A DNA stretch of 64,000 bases from Eledone cirrhosa (taxonomy: Eukaryota), in contig OZ024740.1 in assembly GCA_964016885.1 (NCBI GenBank), positions 185,566,001 to 185,630,000 on the forward strand, read 5' to 3'. The notes under the pieces are model-generated. The model ran no database searches. It was not told the origin of the DNA and was given only the letters and a program-made list of their open reading frames with translations. Position numbers and translations under genes: made by a program. Positions 55,491 to 64,000 of this stretch are shown one piece after another; the first letter of the stretch is position 1, and each line of letters opens with the position of its first letter.

Positions 55491-56482
55491 ATTTGAAACC
55501 AGAATCTAAAGATTTACCAGTTCTGTCAATCAATCCCCTTTGTACGTCTAATCATAATAAAATAACGATTTCTAACATTCCCACAAACACATAGAACCAA
55601 TTAAATGGTCCTAATATATCATAGCATACTATATATTTTTATTTTATAAACACTGGAACACTGCAAACAAATTAAAACTGATTGATTTTGAACTTGTTAT
55701 TTAAAGGAACGTATATAATAAAATACCAGTTTTGTACTGTGGTCGATATGTTCGACATCCCACTCCCACCAAATTACTAGTCTTGCGCCAATGTTAGAAA
55801 GCGTTACGTAAATAAATGTAAACATATCCCGCATTTCTTTTGCCATAAATACTACCATCAAATCAATCAATCCTTATCTCTACTCTAGAGAGCTCCTCCT
55901 CTCAGTTACGGCGTTCAACTAACGCGGTCAGACATATCTAGGATGTTTGTATTAGATGCACTATATCATCATACTGTGCTTTCATACGTAGATGCCACCT
56001 GGTACATGCATTTTCTCCATATTTCGTTGGCCCTTCGCTACCGTGTTAGTATTTCCTCGAAAATATTTCATTTTTAATGACCCTGGGTTTCATACAGACC
56101 TCTTACCTCGTAATATAAATGTGGATGTATAGTTTCAACGTCGTTCATCCGACAATGAGGCAAGGTGTGGGAGTTAACAATGTTGCGAATACTAGGTGAA
56201 TCCTTACCTGAGCACATGGTAGTATATATTTCTAAAATAAGCAAACGGTCAACATTCAGTCGAGTAAAACAACCTACTAATTTAATTGTTCTTTATTTTA
56301 TCAACACCGGATCGAAAAAAGGGAAAGCTGATCTCGGCGTGATTTGATATCAATACTAATAGTAACAGCTAATAAATGTGTCATCTATCATTACGTTTAT
56401 AACGCGATATCGCAAAATGAGAAAGGATAATATTTAGAAGTTTCTTCAACATCAATGATAAGAGTAGTATTATCTATAAAAA

Positions 56483-56544
<62 letters not shown>

Positions 56545-58399
56545 CGCGCATGTGTGTGCGTGTGTGTGTGTGTGTATGTATGGCCACTGCCTTCAGTTGT
56601 TTTTCTTCGTGTCACATTTTATTAACTTTTGTGTTTAATCTTGATGATGGCTTTGTTATTGCTTAGAACAATTCGAATAGTACTTGTTATATTGCGGCTG
56701 CGACTTCGATTTATACCCGATAATATATATATACATATATATATAGAGACAGACAGATAGATGGATGAATAGATGTGGGAGCAATTTGCAAGAACGCAAA
56801 CAGTAATGGTATGTTTCCAACAATAGTATCGATAGAGGTAACATGTCTCTTAAATAGTGAGTGACAACAACAACACAACAATAGCATTAACAAGCTTAGA
56901 CCTAGAGTTCTTGTTTCTATGGCATAGCTTTCAAACAACTTCGATAACTAGTTTACATATTTAAAGTTATTCCTATCTGCAGGCAATATTTTGAATAATC
57001 TTAGCCTGCAATTCTAAGTATGTTGAAAAACCGTAAATAAAATATTCAATATTGTAGTTTCATTCAGATTTCCATAGAGGTGTCTTCGTAGTTTTTAGAC
57101 ACTTATTCATTCAATTCGTAACAAGCTCTGGGGAACCTATAATTGAAATATCGATTTCATTCTCCTTTATCTTCACTCGTTTCTTTTCTCATTGCTTGAA
57201 CAATATTCTTTTAATTCATTTTTTCTCTTTCTTTTGTTTTCCTTTACTGTCCTCCATCGTATTTCTTTAACTTTTTGTTTCCGGTTTTCCGTTGCTGAAG
57301 AATTGATTCCGGCATTGAATATTTTGAAATGGCTATTTGCTTGTTTTACACTATGATTTTCGTCTTAGCAACATAGCAATTGGATATTTCTTCGAATGAA
57401 AAAAAGGTCTCCGTTGATATATTTCTTTCAAAAGTTTTCCATATGAATTTTTATTCAGATGTAAATTTATAATCGAACTATTACGTGTCGTAATATCATT
57501 TATAATAACTATATATATTTGTTACTTTTGTTTCTGGGAGGTTTTGTTCATTGTATATTGTAATTTCGTCCATATCAAACGTTTATAAAAGAAATAGCTT
57601 TCATATGGCGGCTCATATAAGCACATTTACCATACGCTATCATAAGCAAATGTCATAATTTTGTGAATATTCAGTTCCAATTCATTCAGCGGCATGTGAC
57701 GATCATTAACTTTGGTGATGTGTGACAAGAAACATTACTATATTTGAATTTATGACCACTGAATACCAGTTTTATCTCTATGGTAAATAACTCGATAGAA
57801 CTTTCCATAATCATTGTCAGAAGGTGGTAATTGATATTTATGAAATATTCTTGATATGTGGTGTGAATTTTGGCTTTTGCATAAGTAGTATCTATCATAA
57901 CTTAAATACGTTAGATGTTGACTTTTCACAGACGTACGCTAAACTTCGTACAGAAAGGAATTGCTAACTGTATTCAAATATACTAAAATAAATGTAGCTA
58001 CATTGCCTATGTGAGATTAAGGTAGAGAACGGATATATATTTTTCAATAAAATATCGTTTTCCTTTAGAATTGCCTTCATTTGCTTCAGAAATCAAATCT
58101 ATATTGTGATCAGTTATTTTCTCTTAATTATTAATGTTTCAATCCGGTATAGGTTAAAGCGAATATAATTATTCTGGTTATTTTAAAGTAATTACAAATA
58201 TATCCTAGATATATAGAATAATGTCAAGGGGGAAAGCATTTTCGGCATTTCTATATCATTTGCATTTGGAAAAAATTATCCTGTAATGAGTAACAAGTAC
58301 CAAAAATAGACTGGTGAATTTTACTTCGGTTCAAATATACGTTGAATCGTTACATACAGACGAAATGTTATATATTGAAACTATTTCCTCCACAATACA

Positions 58400-58635
58400 G
58401 TTCTTCGTTCACTTTTTACTGGGAGGTTCGTGGGGTCATATTCCTCATACACACTTTCCAGCTGGCAAAAGCACCCATCTCCAATTGATTGGGCTGGATC
58501 CCCAAGGGGGACCAACCGAGCTCATGGATGTTTTCCAACCATCCTGTTCGGGGCTCAACCCTGGGTCTCCTTCTGGATGGATTTGCCCGTAAAAGTTGTT
58601 CCGTGATTCTTTCATGGGACATTCTAACCACCCTA
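58400..58635 (-). mobile_element. 3' end of RTE-type LINE
   Basis: VRMSHERITEQLLRANPSRRRPRVEPRTGWLENIHELGW, paralogous to 4585-4790; short gaa tail. Confidence 0.72.
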
Positions 58636-60914
58636 AAGAAGTTTAGAATAGTATATTTAATACAGGATTATGTAAACGTTAACAAAATAGTATGCATGTT
58701 GAGCAGCCCCTATTATTCAATGAACAATATTATTTACATTCCTTTCATCAAATACTGCTGGCAAATACCCATATAGTTTGTGTTTGCTGTGAGATTATCA
58801 ACAAATATTAACCTTAAACTAAATCAACTATACTGCTTTTACATAACTCAAACTTTCATAGATACATTTTAACCGTGGTAGGATTCCAACTCGCTTCTTG
58901 CAAACATATCGTCATCAACACTTAATATAATAGAACAACGTCAAGCAAAGTGTTTGATTCCAAACCTATACGAGCGCAAATAAATATTAAAACAATGCAA
59001 ATCAATAAATTGATACAGGAACTGACGCATATGATAGTGATACAGCGTGGCCAAATATAATGATCCGAACCAACTAAATATCTAAAGATGAAATTACATA
59101 CTGTAACATTACACTATGAAATAAACTTATTTAAATGTAACATTCTTAGAGGAGAGTGTAATGTGTTAACATTTGGTATTCTGATGGAAAACATTATTCT
59201 GTTATTGAAGTATTATCGATTGTTAGGCATGGTCAAATTAATATGATAGAATGATAACTTAATTTCTAGTTCAATTTTTTTCATATAAATATTAGTTCTG
59301 ATCTAAAATACACTCAGTATGATTGCAACGAACGGATTGGCAGTAAATAAAATCGGTTTACATACAATAATTGCGTTGGAATGTGTGCATTCTGCTATCA
59401 AATCATATATTCTATTGCACATATGAGGCAATGGATCTATAAAATGAAGCGCACATGAGACTGAATTGATTCCAAGTTTTCTTTCAATCAATTTTATATT
59501 TCTTTCATGGAAAATACTTCTACGGAATGCTATGTAACCTCTTTCCAATATGGAGGGTTTTGTCTCTTAAAAACAAGAAACCTCGGTTTTTCAAAACTAG
59601 TTATATAAATGATTTAATTCCAAATATCGATATTTATTGACTCAATCCATTTTCAAAGTAAATCTGTCCCTCTACTACAATTCATCAATGTTATATTTGT
59701 GTTATTTGCCATTGATTTTCCCTTTTTGATTCTTAATGAAATGATATACCATAAATTTGAAGAGATTTACAAAAATAATTCCATATGTGTAGTATTAGAT
59801 GAGAGCTTAGAAAAGAATGGTTGAATACTGTACTAATTAGTCATGAAGAATACTTGAGCTTTGAATGTTTATAATATTTCTAGGAATTAAGGATGGTGTA
59901 TTAGTTATTTGTTATTACAATGACAATTTTATCATTATAAAAAATTCATTAAGTACTATGGAACATGAACTGCGCTTTAACAGACATGAACTAGAAACTT
60001 ACAACTCTTATGACTTATTCAACTATTGGGTTTTTTTCTGATAAAAATCAGTATACGTATAATAATTCTTGTGTCAATCTCAGAAGTAATTTCCCCCATA
60101 TCGTTGATTGATTATACTGAATCTTTATACGTAAGCAATTCCATGTTTCTAATGCTACACATACGTTAGACTAACTTCGAATCAATCAAACCCTTTGCTG
60201 TATTGATATAAACATGCCAAAAATAATTATTATGTAGTAAAATAATATAATATTTGGTTGCATCTTTAACTAAAGACGTCGAACAGACACGATGAAAATC
60301 TAAAATGTTTGCTATATAATTTAATATATCGTAATTGTACACAAGTCAACACTCAATACGTTTCAAGAAAATTATTTCTTCATAAATGAGCAAATAGAAC
60401 ATTATAACTATAACAATCCAAAGTTAATTTGTATTTACCCCGTCGTCGTATTTATTATCTTCTCTCGTAAATTATCGATAAGTTTTAAATGGTTTACATT
60501 TATCTATTAATTCCACCCATTTGGTATTTTAAACTACTGTAATGCAAAATGAAATGTTATTTATATACTAAAATCGACGCTATATCGTTCTCTTCCGAAT
60601 AGTTCTTTAAATCATTTAAAAATACATAAAAAACATATTTTGGCTATGATTACAGCAGCACATTCCTGAGAATTATGAAAGCTGGAAATATAATTTTATC
60701 TTATTGTTCTTATATTGCAATTGCTGAACAATCGAGCATCTGATTACAGGGTTCCAGTGGCCAAATACTGGTTTACTGCATTTCTAATGGTGAGTGTGAC
60801 AGAGTGGCGATCATGTTACTTGCGGCAGCATAATCGTCGCACGGGACTTTGTTAGAGACCAGAGTTTTCCTTTCGTCACGGAGAGACATACACAAACTCA
60901 CACACAAACTCACA

Positions 60915-61474
<560 letters not shown>

Positions 61475-62015
61475 GTATATATATATAACGAATGGTTTGC
61501 AAGTGCGCACAGAAGATAATTTATAGTATCTCCGCGCATTAACTCAACATTTTTTATATTGACTTTATCTTCTCGGTGCTCCGTAATAATCCCTCAGATC
61601 GCCTAGGTATACATGATATATATATATATATATTTTATTTATAACTGTAAATTATACATGAGTTAGCACGGCACAAGATGGTATAAGGCAACAAAACCGG
61701 CCCCGTGATTCAAACCAAGTGTCTAGCATATACTGAATCACCACATTACCGATTACGTTACAATGAGCTAGACAATGTAGTAATCATAAACTTCTTGCCG
61801 GACAAACGAACAATCTTTACCTTTTCGTGTTTCGCATGAAGATCTCAACTACTTGAGTAGCTAGTTATATTTAACCAACTAGTAGGCGAATTGATCTAAT
61901 GATAATTAACATAGTCCTGTTAATACTGACATTTTTCCCTGACCTCCAAAAATATATATATACCGGTGAAAATCTTTGTTTTCCATCTATACACATTCAA
62001 GTTCGGCGTTAGAGA

Positions 62016-62199
62016 AATAATTGTTTCTACTTTTGGCACAAGGCCAGCAATTATCCAGTGTATTACTGGTACTTTATTTTATCGACCCTATAAGGATGAA
62101 AGGCAAAGTTAACCTCAGCAATATTTGAACTCAGAATGGCAAGGGCCGTAACTCTATGCGTCAAAGCATGGCGTCCTAGCCTCTACCGATACTGCCAAT
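62016..62199 (-). mobile_element. SINE, subfamily B, near full length
   Basis: Reverse complement of attggcagtatcggtagag...cttgccattctgagttcaaat...gtagaaacaattatt. Confidence 0.9.
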
Positions 62200-62829
62200 G
62201 TGAATAGAGCCGCTCAAAAAATCGAACCACATATCTACCATAAACTGAACAGTTACGTTACTGGCTAAATGATAAAGACGTGCATGATTTTAAATATTAA
62301 AATAGTACTCAGAATATTCTTATGTGTAAGCTTTCATCTCGCACATCTCTTTAGACGCATGTGTTCCGTGCGCGAAATGCTATATGTAGGTCAATCAGAG
62401 TCGATGGGATTTATACTTAACCATGCTTCACTAAGTGGGCTTGAATCTGAAACAACAAAGTTTTGAAGTGAGCTAATTCAGCACACAGTCATGTGCTCAT
62501 GTTGTTCATCTTAACCACATACAGAGGAATGTTAACACAGGTATAACATATATTCACATCATGCTAATATATATCTAAATCAACCGGAATGGTAAATAGC
62601 AATTTATATTTCATTCTTTTATATCTAATAGTGTTCTGCTTTAAGAGATTGATAAAATATCTCGATTCCTTTCGCTGGAAACTACTATATTGCACGCTTA
62701 TATTCATTTTGATAAACCTTCCTTCATATTGATTTGATGAAATAGAAATTGTCTTTTTTTAATTAAATTGTCTATAACGCAATATTGGTCACACAAATTA
62801 AATAAAACCTGTTTAAATATTTGTGCGGC

Positions 62830-62860
<31 letters not shown>

Positions 62861-63972
62861 AGGTATATACATACCTTATATATCGATATATCTTTATATA
62901 TATGTGACTCTTGTTCTCACCCATTTGTCAGCAGATTTATACCTCATTTTTTTCACATTGAATTCTTAATCTCTGAAACGAATGGTAGACTATACAAGAG
63001 TAGCCGCCAACTGTTCTTAGATATTATTTTGAGAGTGTAGTCGTACCTAAAATGTTAATTGCGTCTCATTTAGTTATTTACATAATATATTACTGCTAAT
63101 ATTTGTATCGTATTTATTTCATAACCATAAATCATTTACACAAAATAACACGGCAGTCCATTAGTGAATGGCCAACCAAATAAGGTGACGTAATATTTCT
63201 TCGGCTAATACATTCAAATTCACGATAATCTACACGATCTTTGAATTAGTTTGCCGTTTTTGCAAACCTTATTGATCAGCAGCTGGTTTTACCGAACATA
63301 CGACACGCTTTGATTAAACGTGTGTACTTGCTGTTATAGATGATTATCTTCCCGGTTGAATTTGATTGTCTTTCGTATTAATATGATTTAGATACTGAGG
63401 ACAGTTGTAATTAATGGCATCGCATGACTGTTTTTTTTTTAATCGGCGTCATTTTCCAACATATGGACGCAATTATATATATCAGCATGTTCCTTTTCAT
63501 ATGGTTTCTTCGATCATTTCAGAAAAAAATGTATGGTATGTGATATCTATTGGTAATGCATTATCTGTTTACTTATTGATGCGTCTGGTATATTCTTCAT
63601 TTATATGCCCAATTATATATAGTTTGATATTATTAAAACACAACTAGAAGTATAACTAACTCTATATAGCACGGTGTCTCTCTTGTCATCTTATAACATA
63701 TACATATACTTATATACACACACATTCCCCCCCCTCTCTCTCTCTCTCTCTCTATGCCTCTCTCTCTATGCCTCTCTCTCTCTCGGTGTACATATGTATA
63801 CAGAGAAAGAGAGAGACAGAGAGTATATACTGAATTGACGTTACTTTAATTTACGTTGCATCCACGCTCGATTATTTCTATGAAAAATATTTGAATATGA
63901 CGCAGTAGATAAGAATAAGTGTGGAGAGTCTCGCCAGTAGGAACTTGAATATATATATAGGAAAGTGTTTGA

Positions 63973-64000
63973 CCCCGACGGCGGAGCTCAAGCCGTTTCG
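63973..64000 (-). ncRNA. 3' half of a probable hammerhead, cut by the window edge
   Basis: Minus strand: c-GAAA-cggc-ttgagctcc-gccg-TC-gggg; homologous to 15885-15911. Confidence 0.5.

Overview
AT-rich eukaryotic (animal) genomic DNA, dense in (TA)n/(CA)n/(GA)n microsatellites. The repeat content looks like a cephalopod (Octopus-type) genome, which is an inference. I can support no intact host protein-coding exon: almost every ORF in the track is a microsatellite artefact, and the protein-like ones are transposon relics. These are an internally deleted Helitron (28433-31404), a 5'-truncated Penelope-like retroelement with GIY-YIG endonuclease and inverted pLTR (31961-34251), a mariner transposase relic (~19436-20140), several RTE-type LINE fragments, and many copies of a tRNA-derived SINE, some as tandem dimers. 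The main hidden signal is RNA structure. Six complete minimal type I hammerhead ribozyme motifs (15029, 15458, 24720, 24833, 32181, 50200) and two 3' halves (15885, 63973) sit in short elements nested in (TA)n tracts. Each complete motif has a palindromic stem III and a downstream AATAAA. One pair forms a 429-nt tandem (retrozyme-like) and another lies in a 149-bp-arm palindrome with opposite polarities. There is also a candidate recursive splice site (17875/17876) and several unusual foldback structures. All structures were read by eye; no activity or expression is shown.
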